A stretch of DNA of 63,999 bases, filler included, from Pelomyxa schiedti (GCA_020536535.1; 14 parts of 14 records of this genome joined end to end with filler, not necessarily neighbours in it); one strand, 5' to 3'; positions 11,976 to 25,899 are shown, counted from the first letter of the whole stretch. The notes: generated by a model not told the origin, from the letters alone. Numbers and translations: made by a program.

Positions 11976-13264
11976 ATGCCCGCCGGTGGGGACTCGTTGT
12001 CGGCGACGCCGAATTATGGGACGTCGTCGTCGCGTCAGCTGTCGATGGCGGGGAGTGATTCAATCAGCTACGGGGATGAGGAGTACAACGTGGCGGTTGC
12101 GGAGGCCACGTTGGTTTTATCGATAGTGTCGCTGGCGGGGTGTTTGTTCGTTATGGGAAGCATAGTGTCGCTGAGGAAGCTGGGAATGTTTCACTGGAGG
12201 ACATACATGTCTTGCACTGCATCTCAGGCTATTGGTATTGTTGATATTAAGTGCTAAACCGATTTTTTTTTTTTTTTTTTTAATTTTTAGAGAGTAAGAG
12301 TGGATAGTGGCGCTTGTTGTAGTAACTATTGGCACTTAATGAATTGATATACCGCAGTTGATTAAAACTATTTATCAGGCGTCGTTCTCTGATCCCAATA
12401 TCATATCCTCTAGTTGCTTTTTCATTGATGTGCAATTACTTTATTTGGACTGACGAGAGGCTGGAGGAATCATCTCCGGTTTGCTCTTTTCTAGGTACCT
12501 CCTCAACCACTTTCAAATAAACTCATAAGTAAAGCTTTCCTCTTGACGGCTTTCAATTTGACAACCAGTTTGTGGGTCCTAGTAATGTCCATTATTGTAC
12601 ATAGGTATCCCCAAATACCCAAAAACCTTTACTGAAACATCACAGAACTGCCATCCGGGTGTCAAAAGAAGAGTGCATTGAGGAAGTAAGACTGCCTCTA
12701 GAAATATTCATGCATGCTCTCGTCTGGCCCTTTGGATTAATTATTGCATCCATACCACTCTGGTCTGTATCAGGAGTTTGTTACGTAGAGCTTCTCTGTG
12801 GTTGGTGCTGGATTGACTCGGAGCCATGGTATGCCCGTTTTGTGTACACATACATGATAGAGTGGATTGCCATTGGTGTGACCATTGTGCTGTATGCCCA
12901 CGTTGGAATGATGCTCAGGGGGCTGCTATGGGTGTCATTCTTCAAGCTCCACAAACACCCCCACAACAACCACGCACACAGAAAGGCACTACTGGCTCTG
13001 AGGCAGACCATTGTATACCCACTGGCAATGGTTCTGGTGTGGGTTCCATGCAGTGTGGCAAGGATCATTGAGGCTGTTAATGGGCATGACGACTTGCACA
13101 CATCACAGGCCATTGCTGTTATCCTACCTTGTGGAGGTCTGTTTCTGTTTATAGCCTATGTGCTGACTGCTGATCTGAGGAGTGACTGCAGGACAAAGTG
13201 CTGCCACCTCAAGTCCTACAATGCAATGAACTACAACACATCTGACTTGCAAAAGCACTATTAG
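11976..13264 (+). CDS. 7-TM GPCR of the cAMP-receptor-like (Dicty CAR/GCR1) type, multi-exon
   Basis: TM1 LSIVSLAGCLFVMGSI, GWCWI in extracellular loop 2, YPLAMVLVWVP in TM6, GGLFLFIAY in TM7. Short GT-AG introns at 12235-12645 splice in frame. Confidence 0.85.
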
Positions 13265-13409
13265 GTGATTATTCTCTGCAGGGGAACATAGTAAAAGTGT
13301 TTATTTCATTTTTAAAATGAGGGAGAGGTCGCAACACTACCAATCAAAACAAACCCCCCTTTCTTGGAAGGTGACGGTTTCCATCAATGGAAGAAGAAAA
13401 AACAGTTTT

Positions 13410-14550
13410 ATGGCCAACGGTGTTGAATTCGAATGCCAACTGGACGCACGCGACCAATTCGTGGCGCTGGGGGTTGGTGTGATTGTGGGACGGTGCGGTG
13501 GACGCGGCGGCGCGGCGGCGTCGGCGCTCACCCCGTCGTCGCTGGCCATCCTCGGCCGCGATTGGATCGTGTTCCCCGCCAGGGTCGTTGTCGTTGCGCT
13601 GCTTCCCACAAGTGGCGGGGACTGCGCGGCCAGGCACGTCAAGATAAGCACGTCGCCCACGCTCGGCCTCGTGTGCCATCCCACAATTCTCTCGTTCGGC
13701 CCCAACATCTCAGTGCGCATTTTCTACCACTGGGTCGGTCCTCGGTCCTGTTGTGGCGACCGGTTTGCCCTCGTGTATGCCCACGCCACAACGCCCCTGT
13801 GGGACAATGTCCCTGTGAGTGACCTGTGTGTGATCGATCACTTTGGGAACGTGAAGCTCATACTAAGAGCGAACCTGTCCGGAACATGGTGCAGCAACAG
13901 GCACTGGGTTGCATCATTGGGCACACCGAGAGGGGACGTGCTGAGCACCGTGTCTCTGTGGAACCTCGATGGCGTCGAGCAGGGAACGGCAAGGAGCATG
14001 GAGGGCGTCAGCGTGCCAGGGGGCGTGAAAAGGCTGGCATTTGGTGGGAGTGACGGCTCACTTGTTGTTCAGTTGGAGAGCGGTGTTCTGGTGGTGGACC
14101 TGGAGGCCACTTTTGCGGAGAACAGGTTGGTCTATGCTCCCCTGCCGTTGGCCGACCTCGACGGTGAGGATACATTCATTGACAACATTGTGTGCTGGGA
14201 GGGAATGGACCATGCGCTTCTCTATCAAAATGAGGGGCTTATTTGTCTGAGCACTGGTCAGAGGAGGGAAGTTCACCATACTGGTACGACATGTCTGATT
14301 GGGGGGCCGTATGCAGCTACCTGTATACACGAGGAACGAGACTGTGGTGAAATCGAGGTGTATTGTGTGTTCGATCCAACCAAGGTGTTCTACACACATA
14401 GGACACAGAGTGGAAGGGAGATATTGAGGTTTGGGAACGAAACTGTTCTGTTGGATGACGGTACCACCATCAAAGTCATCGATGCTGTATCTGGCTTGGT
14501 TCTGTGCAACATGTTTGTCAGTGGCTTCCGTGTTACAGAAATTTCTCAAC
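13410..14550 (+). CDS. Lineage-expanded family protein (ARDQFVALGVGVIVGRCG, NRHW, VDLEAT, IDAVSG); ORF reads on into the downstream duplicate
   Basis: Intronless, with the family motifs in order. The end coordinate is inferred from where paralogs terminate. Confidence 0.75.
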
Positions 14551-14723
14551 ATAATAATAATCGAAAGCATTTGCTCTTCTACACTCCTCCACCCTGCCGC
14601 TGTGGGTCTCTTCTTCTTTTTGTAATCAAGTGCGCTTGTGGGATACATCACGGTGCGATACTTGTGACAGGTGACTACAGACTTCCTGAAAGACCCGGGT
14701 GGTTGTTTTCTGGGAAGTCGAAG

Positions 14724-14903
14724 ATGATGACGGCCGACTTCAACGTGGTGAAGGACATCGAATTCAAACTGGACGCACGCGACCAATTCGTGGCGCTGGG
14801 GGTTGGTGTGATTGTGGGACGGTGCGGTGGACGCGGCGGCGTCGGCGCTCACCCCGTCGTCGCTGGCCATCCTCGGCCGCGATTGGATCGTGTTCCCCGC
14901 CAG
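14724..14903 (+). pseudogene. Truncated tandem duplicate of the 5' end of the 13410 gene
   Basis: 14759-14903 is nearly identical to 13426-13582 apart from an 8-nt slippage deletion (gcggcggc) that shifts the frame. Homology then stops. Confidence 0.85.
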
Positions 14904-14998
14904 TTCCGTTTGTCGTCGGCCTTGAAAGACCCAAGGGAACCAAGTACAAGATCATCTTTCAGGGTACTACACAGTCGGGGTGGTTGGCGTGTTTTTGT

Positions 14999-15043
14999 TT
15001 TTGCTTTTGCTTTTGCTTTTGCTTTTGCTTTTGCTTTTGCTTT
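14999..15043. repeat. (TTTTGC)n microsatellite
   Basis: Direct reading. Confidence 0.95.
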
Positions 15044-15863
15044 CTTTTTTTGCTTCCCGTAATAATCCAAGGTAATATTATTGCGGAGGTGTCTTTTGTT
15101 TTCTACCACCATCCTGGCCGATATACATCTAAGAGGCTTCTCTTTCTGCCATCCATTTTCTAACTACATGTGAGATCTCAGATGCATTGTAGGGGTTACT
15201 CTCCTTTTTTGCAGAAAAACCTAGCAAAGGGGAAGTTGTTTCATTTTGCTGTACATCGTCTACAGGTTTACTTCATCCAGATATTGTATTGTTGTATAAT
15301 ATCGGGATCAGATTACACTCACATTTGAAACTGATTCATTACTCCTTACCATTCTTCAGGTTTTTGTCTCCATCATAGAATGAATAAATCCAATATTTGT
15401 GTGTACCACCTGTATGCCAACATTTCAAGTCTCTTCTGGGCTGCAACGGAGTAATTATATGGTGATGCATGTATGAGAAAGCTTCTGTGTTTGTGTAGTT
15501 TGAGAAAGGTCTATGAGGCTTATTGGCTGGTTTAATCACGCCAATTGTGCCTTTGGTATTGTTAATTTGATATTACATACAAAAATATCAGGTGAAGCAT
15601 CAAGAGACCCAGAAATGCCGCAACAGCAGGTGGTGTTTCTTTTTTCTGCTGTGGGGAACTCCCTCCACGGAAGACGAATGGGTGTGGTGGGTGTTGGCTG
15701 TGCTCAGTGTCTCTCTCCTATGGTGCTCGCCAATCAATGTTTGCTTGTACATCGGCACTACCTGTGTAAACGCTCCTGTCTGTTGGACATCCCACAAGTA
15801 CAAGTAACAGAAAAACGCAGAGTTTTTGAGCCGAAACCACTGGTCCAAGCCTGGGCTACATGA

Positions 15864-15967
15864 CCCCCAAATGGGTTGCAATGAACATTGCATTGAAAAG
15901 ATGTAAGACCACATCTTTGGCATTCTCTCAGTGTCTCAATGACTCTTGGCCTTTATTTGGCAAAAAA
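15864..15967 (-). repeat. Dispersed ~100-bp repeat, copy 1 (others at 25023-25128 and 41883-41970)
   Basis: Shared core caagagtcattgagacactga...gtggtcttacatc...caatgcaatgttc on three different contigs. Confidence 0.85.
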
Positions 15968-16223
15968 TTCCAACCAACTTCATTGCCAGGTTTTTGTAAT
16001 CTGCATCATTACAAAAAAAAAACAGGAGTACAAACACGCACACCAGTGTGGGGACAAGGGGGAGGTTTTATGTGTGTGCTTGTGTGTGGGAGTAGTTTGT
16101 TGTGTGATGGCAAAGCCATACAACAAGAGCAAGAAAAGTACACTATTATTGGTTCTATTTGTGGGTTGTTTGTTTTGATGGATGAGGGAGGAGTGTTACA
16201 GGCTTATAAAGATCAAAAGTACT

Positions 16224-16473
16224 AGGGAACAAGCAAAGGGGGTGATGGGAGAAGAGCGAGTTACAGCCAAAGGGGCAAGGAGGTCACAATCCATGTACGG
16301 AACCCCGGAACCCAAGAAAAAAGGGGTACAACGCTCAGCCATGAGTGCGGTGGCTGAGCCACGAGAAGCTGCCTGGCATTGCAGAGGTAACGGGGAACAA
16401 GCAAAGGGGGTGATGGGAGCAGAGCGAGTTACAGCCAAAGGGGCAAGGAGGTCACAATCCATGTACAGAACCC
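16224..16473. repeat. ~80-bp direct repeat pair, period ~168 bp
   Basis: gggaacaagcaaagggggtgatgggag...tcacaatccatgtac occurs twice with few mismatches. Confidence 0.9.
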
Positions 16474-16669
16474 GGGCACCATTAGTATGTTCAGTGTGTT
16501 AGCTGTTGTGGCTTCCCTTGACAAACATTTTTTTTAGTTGTTTTTTTAATATGTAGCACACAAACCAAGTTTAGAACCAAGGGGATTTATTTTATTCTCA
16601 CATGGACTATGAGAAAGGTGATGACAAGAGTGAAATGGAACTGTAATCAAGTGTTGCTGCTGGCCATGG

Positions 16670-16769
16670 NNNNNNNNNNNNNNNNNNNNNNNNNNNNNNN
16701 NNNNNNNNNNNNNTTAATTAATTAANNNNNNNNNNNNNNNNNNNNNNNNNNNNNNNNNNNNNNNNNNNN
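16670..16769. other. Artificial contig spacer N44-TTAATTAATTAA-N44 (also 23323, 28886, 34138, 38823, 42646, 47251, 53774, 55072, 57074, 60368, 61619, 62886); plain 100-N gap at 50058-50157
   Basis: Identical 100-nt block whose core has stops in all six frames. Genes are cut off at these positions. Confidence 0.99.
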
Positions 16770-17533
16770 GTTGTTGTGATGGCTGTGGTAAACATGGTAT
16801 CCTGCTGACTTCAACAACTGAAACAAGCCGTGGCTTCTTTCTCGTTGGTCCTTTGGGAGAAGTCACACAGTTGGAACTTGTATCAACTTGATGGTGACGG
16901 GCATTGCCGGTGGGAGAAACTGCATCACCATGGCAACGTTGCAGCTTTCAGTTCTGCCAGGTGCCTATCCAAGACACCAACATTACCCTCTGCAAGTTCG
17001 ACCCAGCCGACATCACCACCAGCACCGCTGCTGCTGTCAGCGTCAATCTCAGCACCACGAATACACCGCAATCCAGTTCTCCTCACCGATGATTGTATTG
17101 ACAATAGCACGCTTACGCGTTCACATGCAGCCAAGCACGTGCTCGAACACATCGAGAACCTCACCATGTTTCTGATCAGCCGTGTCGATGTGGCTTCTGG
17201 TTCCATGGTACGGTAGCCTCCTCCCCAACGCAACATCATCGCGATTATGTACAGCACGGCCGGTGGAACAACCAGTCCACGCACAGTGATTGCGGGAGTG
17301 CCACCCGTTCGTTACTATTTCAGTGGCAGCTGCTTGGTCGTTGTGCTCATCAAAAGTGTATGGACAGCGGCGCCCCGATAGAGGTGTTCCCGGGTATCGA
17401 CACTAGAAAAAATAAATAGAAAATGTTTTTCCGCCGACACGGAGCGATGAATTGGCTGAATAAAAAACAACACGAGGATGCGCCTGGGGCAAAAAAGAAA
17501 GAAGATTGGTAGAAACGGAACACTCCCAAAACT

Positions 17534-20500
17534 TTAATGGAGAATGGTAACAAGTAGAACTGAGAGGAAAAATAGGGTGATACAACTAGTGAGCACATGT
17601 GACATGGAGGTTTCCATTGATGTACTTGTGATGTGTTGGCTGGAGGATTTGATGCCACTTCTACTACTTGCACTGGTTGATTGACTTTGACTTGTTGATT
17701 GACTTTGACTTTCACTGGCGCTTGTGCTAATGGAATTAGTTGGGCTTGTACTAAGACTGGTGGAATGACTTGGGCTTGTACTAAGGCTGGTTGAATGGCT
17801 TGGGCTTGTACTATGGCTGGTTGAATGACTTGCACTTATGCTTCCACTGGTGCTCATGCTGGTGCTAGTTGAGTGACTCTCACTTTTACTTATGCTGATG
17901 CTCATTGAGTTACTTTCATATAACGTCAGTTTCACTCAGGGCAGTACACAGATACCTGGAGCTGTAACCTTCTCCAAGAATAAACAATGGGTCACAGTCG
18001 ACATAAAAACCACCAATAATGAATGCTCCCGATATGAAAAGAGAAACCTAGAATCCGTTGTAATAAGATAGCAAACACCAAGGGAAATTTTACGGTTTCA
18101 TTATCTTGAATGTAATAATCTGCAATAGCGGGCAAAGTGAAATTAATTTGCCAAGGGTTTACAGTGACGTTATAGGCACTTGGCAAAAGAGGAACGACTT
18201 GTTTATTCCATCCTGTGGGTTCCTCATTTCCTGCTACAAGTTCCTCTATCTGAGAAAAAAAGAAGTTAGAAGGCACTACGAAATAAGAATCTAGAGAATA
18301 CAAGGAAAGAGGTATAGGAAGTATTGGCTAGGAGAAGATATGTCAAGAACCGATACTGCTGATTGGTGAGGGTGATGTGAATAGTAAGATCGCCAGCTTG
18401 AAGATCGTTTACTGTGAGTGGGAAGCGATCTGCTTCCAAGGACGCAGTCAGTGGTTTAAGCTTGAGAAAATAAGAAAAAGATGGGAAAAGAGATGTAAAC
18501 CTCTTCCACTGTAACCGAGAAAATCATTTCCAAAGACTCGGTGCTAATTGATAAGAATACTTGAGAAGTGTTTGCTTGAGTAGGGATAGCTAGAACGCCA
18601 AAGCTTCCAGATGGTGCAACCCACTGGGATTCAATTAAGCAGGGTGCCACCTGAGTTACAGAGGCAAACATGACAGGGTTATCTGAGTTTCTTTTGTTAG
18701 GAGCGTTTTTGCACGATTTTCTGGCATTGTACCTCCATCTACTCTTACTAGTACTCCGTTCCAAGAAGAAGAGGGAATGATTGTAAATGAGATGAACCCT
18801 CCTGAAGAGGAGTGAGGGGGACCTATTTTCGATTGAGATAACCTGAAACATAGAACAAATCTGATAATGTTTCATTTGGAAATATCTCTGTAACTCTGAG
18901 GGTGAATCTGGCCTCTTCGTAGGATACACCAACGAAAAAAAATATACTATCAGCAGAGCTGAAAAGGGTGTCTGTTGGCTCTATTATCAATTCGTAACTG
19001 TCCGTTTCTCCATTGTAATCTGAAAAGACACAATCTAACATTCACTTTTTTTGAGATCTGAAGAGGGCACAGGAAAAACGTACTTGCAACAACGTCTCCA
19101 AACACTGTAAACAAATTAGGGAAAGGAGAAAATGGGCTGAAGGACACACAATAAAATTCTCTTGGACAAGCACCCATCAAAATAACGACGGAATCTGATA
19201 ACATGGAAGCCCTGACAGATGACAGTGTATCTTTCTCAAAAAAAAACCAGTGCATTCCATCAGAAATGATACCTGATGAGGTGAATCAATTAGTTACTAC
19301 ATTAGGAAAATACAAACCGTTGAATTCCTCCCCTGAGTATATGTAATACACTGGAGCAATAGTCATGCTGTAACACCAAGTTTCTGCTTCAGGGATGTAC
19401 AACACAATTCGCAACATTTCGTAACCGTCGAAGTCATAATCTGAAAGACTGAAAGTACCCCATGAGGAATTCTTTGAGATAGGAAAGGTGTTGAGGAAAA
19501 AAAATTGTTAAAAGAGGCTTGGTACCCAATAGGAGAGCCAGGTCGGGGTATCCACTTGGTTGTAGAGGAAGACATCAAACTCCATGGTTCCAGTATTATT
19601 GCAGGTTGGCACAACATTGATCAATATATACCAGGGGTAACTGGGTGGTATACTAACATCAGCATATATTTCTGGATCCTTTTTCTCCATTTATTGTGGC
19701 ACCCAAGTGAATGAAAGGAACTACAGGGAGAGTATCTATAGGTAAACCGAGATTTTGTATGGGAAGGTAATAGTAAAATGAGCAATCAAGACTGACCAGC
19801 TCTTCGTATGCATAAAGATATATCTGCAGCGGTTAGTAAGAATAATTATTTCCATGTGGGTGATAAACTGTGAATGTCAGGAGTTCCTAAATATTTGAAG
19901 TGAGAAAAAGAAGAAACTACTGTGGAGAACCGGAAGTACTGCCATCTCCCTGTTGGATTCTTGTTGGTAAATTGCACTATAATCTTCAGAGTAAACAAAA
20001 ATATCTAGGTGTAAAATACAATTTGAAAAAAGAAGCAAATTTCAATATGTAAAAACCAGGGTCTCCACTTTCTGCATAACATTCCATCCAAGTCTGGCCC
20101 AGTAGGTAAAGTTGTAACACGTAGTAGGTGCCTTTTTTCATCTTCGGCACAGACAAGACATAGGGAGTCGAATAAATATTTCTTTCAGGAAGCCAGCCAT
20201 AAAAGAAGGATTGACCAAATCCAGCCCACACCATTGTCTCTATATGGTCGCCCTATGACTGAATAAGGGAGAAAGAATATTAGACATAAAATAACTGGAT
20301 AAAATGTTTCTCCAGAATAATGCACATCATCAGGAGTTGGAAGCTGTTCTGTAGTTGTGTACCGCCTGTATTCAGTGAGGAACTGAAAATAATTTCAGAA
20401 ATTACGTTTCAGCTGACGTGTACAGCCAGACATCATCGAATGAATCGGGTTCCTGAGGAATATCAAAGATCCCATACCAACGATCACATTGATCTAGGTT

Positions 20501-23103
20501 TCTTCCATATAAAATTTCACCAAGTGAAGAGTTCAAGGCTGTCTGGACTGTCCAATTCCTAGTAAGGAATCACAAAGAGCCAAAAACTTGCAGAACTTAC
20601 ATCACAATCCCTCCTGCAGTGGAGGTGCGTGGAACCTGAGAATTCGCCCCAATTAAATACAGGTCATAGGAGCTAGAAAAAGAGAAGGCCCCAGGCTTGG
20701 CATAAAGTGAAACAAAGATATATTGGTATCCAGAAGAGTCTGCAACCGCCTCCACCCAGATAAACACCTGACTTTGATCTGGTGGTCCTTTTCTATATGC
20801 GAAGTCGAACTGAACTTCTGCTGTGCATCCAGTGCGGTCATTGTTGTGACAGAAATTCAGAATAACATATCTTGTTGAAATTAGAGGATTTATAAAGACG
20901 GGGATATACGGAGCACAATCTAATCCACATGTGAATCCTGTGGCGCTTCCAATCATTGCAATATAGTGAAGAAAACTACGAACTGGTGAGCGACATGTCA
21001 CGTTAATGTAGAACGAACTTAGAAGGGGTTATCTCATTTGATTCAACTTTTGGTGCAGGTGGGTTAGTTTGATTGGAAGAAGGCATCCCTGCACATCCAA
21101 AGCAACCGGAACAAGAGATTATTGAGGTTTTACTTTTGATCTCTGTTGAAAACTAAACTAAGAAGTTTCTCTGAGAATTAATACCTTGTGTCCAGGACAT
21201 AGGAAGATAGCCCCAAAACGTCATTGTGCCAAGAATGGGCAGAGTAATTGGATTGATAGTCTCAGCTAAGGACAGCGCATACCATACCTGGGAGAGTTAT
21301 AAGTTGATGACCGTGAGAGAAGTACATTTGCATCTGCATATGGAAAACAGATATCAGTCTCAATGGAGGAGGAGAGGTCGACTCCAAGAGTACTCGTAAA
21401 GCACACGTCAGCGGAAATTAAAGGAGAAGTCGTAATTGAGGGAATTTCAATAAGGAGTTTGGGGGTAAGACTTAAACTCAATGAAATATTTCTGTCTGCT
21501 GTGAAAATTGAATACCTTGATATGAAAGGAAGATACGCATTTAGTGAGGAACTAAGTGGCGTTGTAGAGAATATCGGCGACTGAAATTCATTGATGGTCG
21601 ACCAAGTAGTGCCATTGTATTGTATCCCAAGTTTTGAAAAGCCAGAAAGTGCGGCACTGGATGTCAGAGTCCCAGTAACTGAAGTATCCATTTTGAAGCC
21701 GAACAAAAGGTCTCCAGAAAAACGGAGAGCTACAGTCCATTATTACAATATTCTTGGAAAATAGGTCATACTCAAGGGAACTCCAGCGACTGAAAGAGGG
21801 AAACTGAATAGGTGCAAGGGAGCACCAGGAAGGATGCTCTTTTCAAATTCATAGGAGGATGTGTACAATGTTGCCTTCATATCAACAAGGAGCGCAGCCT
21901 TGGCTTCTCCAGTGACTTGAACCAAAAACCATCCAATTCCCTGAGGTATATATTTGTTGTACCACTCAGTGCCCCACGCCAAGTCAAGTTGAAAGTCAAT
22001 GGTTGTCCTTACGTCCCTTAACACAAGCCAAACAAAAAAAAAAAAGGCAGAGCTAGTGTCTGTACTTTAGGTATCCGTAGCACTCAATGCACTCAATTGC
22101 TGTAATTGGACCAACACCAGGTATGGTGATGGGCTCTAGTGCCGTGTCATCAGTCTCGTTGTAGTTGAACCCAAATATAGTGGACTTTTGATAGTGCCCT
22201 CTGGTAGTCCGACCGTCAGTTGCTCCATTACCGCCACCCGGTAGTATTTGCAGTCTAAGCTTTTTTTTGTGGTAAGTTGGTTCTCCTTCTTGTACCAAGG
22301 AAAGATACAGAATTTGATGCAAAAACTTCCCAATAAGCCAAGTCTCGTGTTGTTGGAACGAATATAATTCCGGTGACAAGTCTTGGCTCGCCCAAAGCTA
22401 TTCTGTACAGAGGTCCCGCCGTTCCTGTTTTCCACAAGTCCCAATCACTGGCTGTGGTTAATACATCTCCTCTGGATATCTCAGGAATCACCTTTCTCAA
22501 TAAGGAACAAGAAATACCAGGAGCAAAGAGATACACACATTTGTGGACATGTATATCCCATTTGAAGTACACTGGGCATCGATGATTCCCTCCAAGTCAT
22601 CCAGAATTTTTACTGGACCAGCTACTTCACCTTGAGCATAAAGTCTGTATCGCCGTCCATCAGGCACTGCAACAGAGTTTGAGTAGAATAACCCCAATAT
22701 TGGAAGAACTCACTATAGCGATCCTCATTTCTTTGGAATACAGTATCAATAGGTTGACCAGGAGTCCGCTTTGCGAGTGTTTCTCCTGATATGTCTATGT
22801 ACCTCTTGTGACAATCAAAACCCAGGTCATAATTTCCGGACTTACATAGTACAAGACAAGCAACCACACCTTATGTTATGTTGTTATACTTACTTGTCGG
22901 TACTGAGGCTCTGACGACAGTTGCAATGACCTTGCAGTCCTAGTGATTTCGTCCCGTGTTGGCTCCTTGTAGTCAACAGGTTGTAGCCTCTTTATAAACT
23001 CCTCCCTCAAGGTGGGAGTCATCCTACTACCAGCACATTCTACCCCGATGAGTACATATACAAGAACTAGTATCACTCCCAAAGGCACCCCGGATCCTTT
23101 CAT
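17534..23103 (-). CDS. Large multi-exon secreted/surface glycoprotein with signal peptide, Ser/Thr-rich stalk and hydrophobic C-terminus (GPI-signal-like)
   Basis: N-terminus MKGSGVPLGVILVLVYVLIGVECA, a chain of minus-strand exons, 30-nt STSPSHSTSL repeats at ~17740-17830, and C-terminus CITLFFLSVLLVTILH*. Confidence 0.8.
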
Positions 23104-23422
23104 TTTTTTTAAAATTGTTTTGGTTTGGGAACTTCGGGGAACTTTTTTTGATGCAGCAGCTTTGAGAACCAAGTTAGGCAGCCTTTTTTTGTGCGGGATG
23201 TTGTTTAGCCTTGCATGAAAATGAATTGAGCGGGAGACAACAGTTTGAGAAGAAAGTGCACAACAACAAACTTGGGCAGAACTCCAATCGGGTGAAACAC
23301 TGGTGGTTGTTGTTGTTGTGATNNNNNNNNNNNNNNNNNNNNNNNNNNNNNNNNNNNNNNNNNNNNTTAATTAATTAANNNNNNNNNNNNNNNNNNNNNN
23401 NNNNNNNNNNNNNNNNNNNNNN

Positions 23423-23878
23423 CGCTATTGAGAACTGTGTTCTTTGCCTGTATGGAGTTTACACTGAAGGAGATGTACGACTTACAGAGAGCGGACCCTG
23501 AATTGGATTTCATCATCAGTTTGTCTGGGTGGAGCCAAACCATCACCAGAATTGGCATGGAAGTTGCCATGATATTGCATTGATGAGGACTATCCAATGA
23601 AAAGACCAACGAAAAAACCAATCAGATGGTGGGATCCAGACTTTTGTGGGAGGAAAAAAAAAAACTGCCGACTGGCCCATCTCATACTGTGACAACCAAG
23701 TACAGGAGCCAATAAAACTGCTCAAAGCGGACAGCACGAACACCACGCACACGCCCCACGCGTAGGAGGCCAACGGGCGGCACTGCGCGTCGCTCGCCAG
23801 GGTCGCCGTCGCCAGCGTCAGCGACCCGACCACGAACACGCCCACGCACGCCAGCCACGCCACGCTCGACGCCGACAT
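23423..23878 (-). CDS. Membrane protein fragment, truncated at the contig end, possibly degenerate
   Basis: GC-rich exon encoding two hydrophobic helices. The downstream exon frame is uncertain. Confidence 0.4.
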
Positions 23879-25022
23879 GTCCGCCGCGAGGTCCGCCGCG
23901 ACCGACCACGCCCGGGGCGTCCACGAGATGGACGAGGCCGACGACGGGAAGAGTGGTGTCGCAGAGGTTTTTTTTGCAAGCTCAGAGACACATCACTCCC
24001 CGCATCATCGTCTCATGAAGAAGCGGCCACCCAGAGGGGGGCGAGGCTCCTCGTCACCCCGCCCTCGCCCTCCACGACGACCACCAAAGCGCCGCCGGCC
24101 GCCGCGTCGGCCACAACGGCGACCACCTGCGCAGCGACGCCGCCCGCCACCGCCACCGCCACTGCCGCCGCCGCGGCCACCACCGTTACCAACCCCCTCT
24201 GGCTGCGGCCCTCGCCTCGGGCGTGACTGTGTTTGTCTGCCTGGTGCGTGCGTGCGTGAGTGCGTGCTTGAGTGTGTGTGCTTTGCTGTTGGCTTATTAT
24301 TGTGCCCTATTAACCTTGTGATGGCAAAAAGGTACAGGGGGAATGTATATTCCCTTGTGGGAGGGGGTTTGCGTTTACGTTCATTTCACCACTTTTCAAG
24401 GTACTTGGAGAGAGCATGAAAAATGGTCACAGATTCCCCTACTAAATATCCAGGAGTCAAAGCTCGGGACTTGGAACTCATTCACTTTCCAATGTATGAC
24501 AAGCAAACCCGATCTGATCCGGAAACCGCCGATTTAATAAGGGTGCACCAGCTTCTATGCAGGCACAGTGTTTGTATACAGAGTACTCTGTCCGGTGATG
24601 TAATTGGCATGTAGATGCATACTCCGCAGTCTCTGACTTTGAGATACTGTGGAGTGCACTTTCGGTATCTTTTTAGTATTATTATTGGCAAGTCCACTGG
24701 GCAGCTCAAAAGAGGCCAACCATCAGTTATTAACGTTACCCCCCACTCACACTATGTCATCTTTGTACATCCCCCACTGTCGTATTATAAGACCAATTTA
24801 CTTCCTAGTTTCCACTCTGCCCATTTTGTGGTGCTCCACAATAAGGGCAATGTATTCCACATAGACACTTTGGTGCCTTCCCAGAGACCCATTTTGAATA
24901 CAATACAGCGCACGGCTCTTGTGCTTCACTGCCACGGCCAAATAATTTTCTTATCCCACAAGTTCGGGCCAGTAAAAAAATCGATACAGAAACGGGTTCT
25001 GCTCCGTGGTAACATCGGGAAA

Positions 25023-25128
25023 CCCCCCAATATGGTTGCAACGAACATTGCATTGTACAGATGTAAGACCACATCTATGGCGTTCTCTCAGTGTCTCAAT
25101 GACTCTTGGCCTTTATTGGCCAAAAAAA
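25023..25128 (-). repeat. Dispersed ~100-bp repeat, copy 2; 33-bp direct repeats at ~25259 and ~25442 nearby
   Basis: Matches 15864-15967. ggaatgctgaagaagatgggaagccaaaagggg occurs twice. Confidence 0.85.
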
Positions 25129-25899
25129 CTATCAAAGCACCAACAGCAGTTTTTGCGTTGATAAATTTCCAGCGTAAAAGTGTAAAAAAAGGGTTAACAT
25201 TGCATAAAAAGAATTCAATTGCTAATAATAATGAGTTTTACAATATATTTGGAATGATGGAATGCTGAAGAAGATGGGAAGCCAAAAGGGGCAGCATCAC
25301 CGGTAGTAGGGAACGATGGCGCAAGGCTCGGGCGCGAAGCCCCAGCTGACCCGCAGGCGGGATGGGGGCGAGCGGCGAGGAAACGCACTCTGGGGGGTCC
25401 GCAGCTCAGGCAGCGAACTGACAAGTGACGACAGAGACGACGGAATGCTGAAGAAGATGGGAAGCCAAAAGGGGTGTGGGTACCTGAACACCTGCATCCC
25501 TAGATGTGGTGCCCTTGGTAACCACATCCCAACACAAGGTGAACATGGCCACCTTGTGCAACTTTTTCACAGTAATCATCAAACCAAGATTCCCTTTATC
25601 CTTCACCCATCACTACTCACATCATCCCCCCTGTTTGTACACGTGTGTCCCCACACGCCCTGTGACACTCAACGATGTTTGTTGTTTTGTTAGTGGCCCT
25701 GGTGTGCTTGGCAATGGCACTTTCCGTTTTGGTAGCGTGTGAGTGGTGTACCTGACGGGGAGTGACAAACACGTTCGTAGCGAGATAAGGAGGGAACAAA
25801 GTATTTATTTATTTTAATTGATCTTGAGGCATTTGTGGTGAAAGTGGTGTTGCTTATAAGCCCTGTCTCCCATGAATTCCAAGTATTCAGTGGATGCAC

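Noticed and set aside
12291-12340. Apparent inversion or disruption in the GPCR middle exons
   Set aside because: An alternative AAG acceptor and GT donor give an in-frame mini-exon (EWIVALVV), so the gene is intact.
12605-12645. U12-type intron (GTATCCCC donor)
   Set aside because: The donor misses the GTATCCTT consensus and the branch site is not TCCTTAAC. It is explained by general donor degeneracy.
16224-16473. CRISPR-like repeat-spacer array
   Set aside because: Only two units of about 80 bp, no cas genes, eukaryotic context.
16780-17400. Stop-codon reassignment (several in-frame TGA in coding-like frames here and at 24300-25100)
   Set aside because: Intact genes end in TGA, TAA and TAG and have no internal stops once spliced. 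These regions also contain frameshifts, consistent with pseudogenes.
23877-24419. Long GC-rich overlapping ORFs (also 39234-40062, 41101-41812, 53826-54410, 62047-62551)
   Set aside because: These are shadow frames of GC-rich or low-complexity sequence with no recognisable domains. At 39.4 kb the true frame is ODR4 exon 1.
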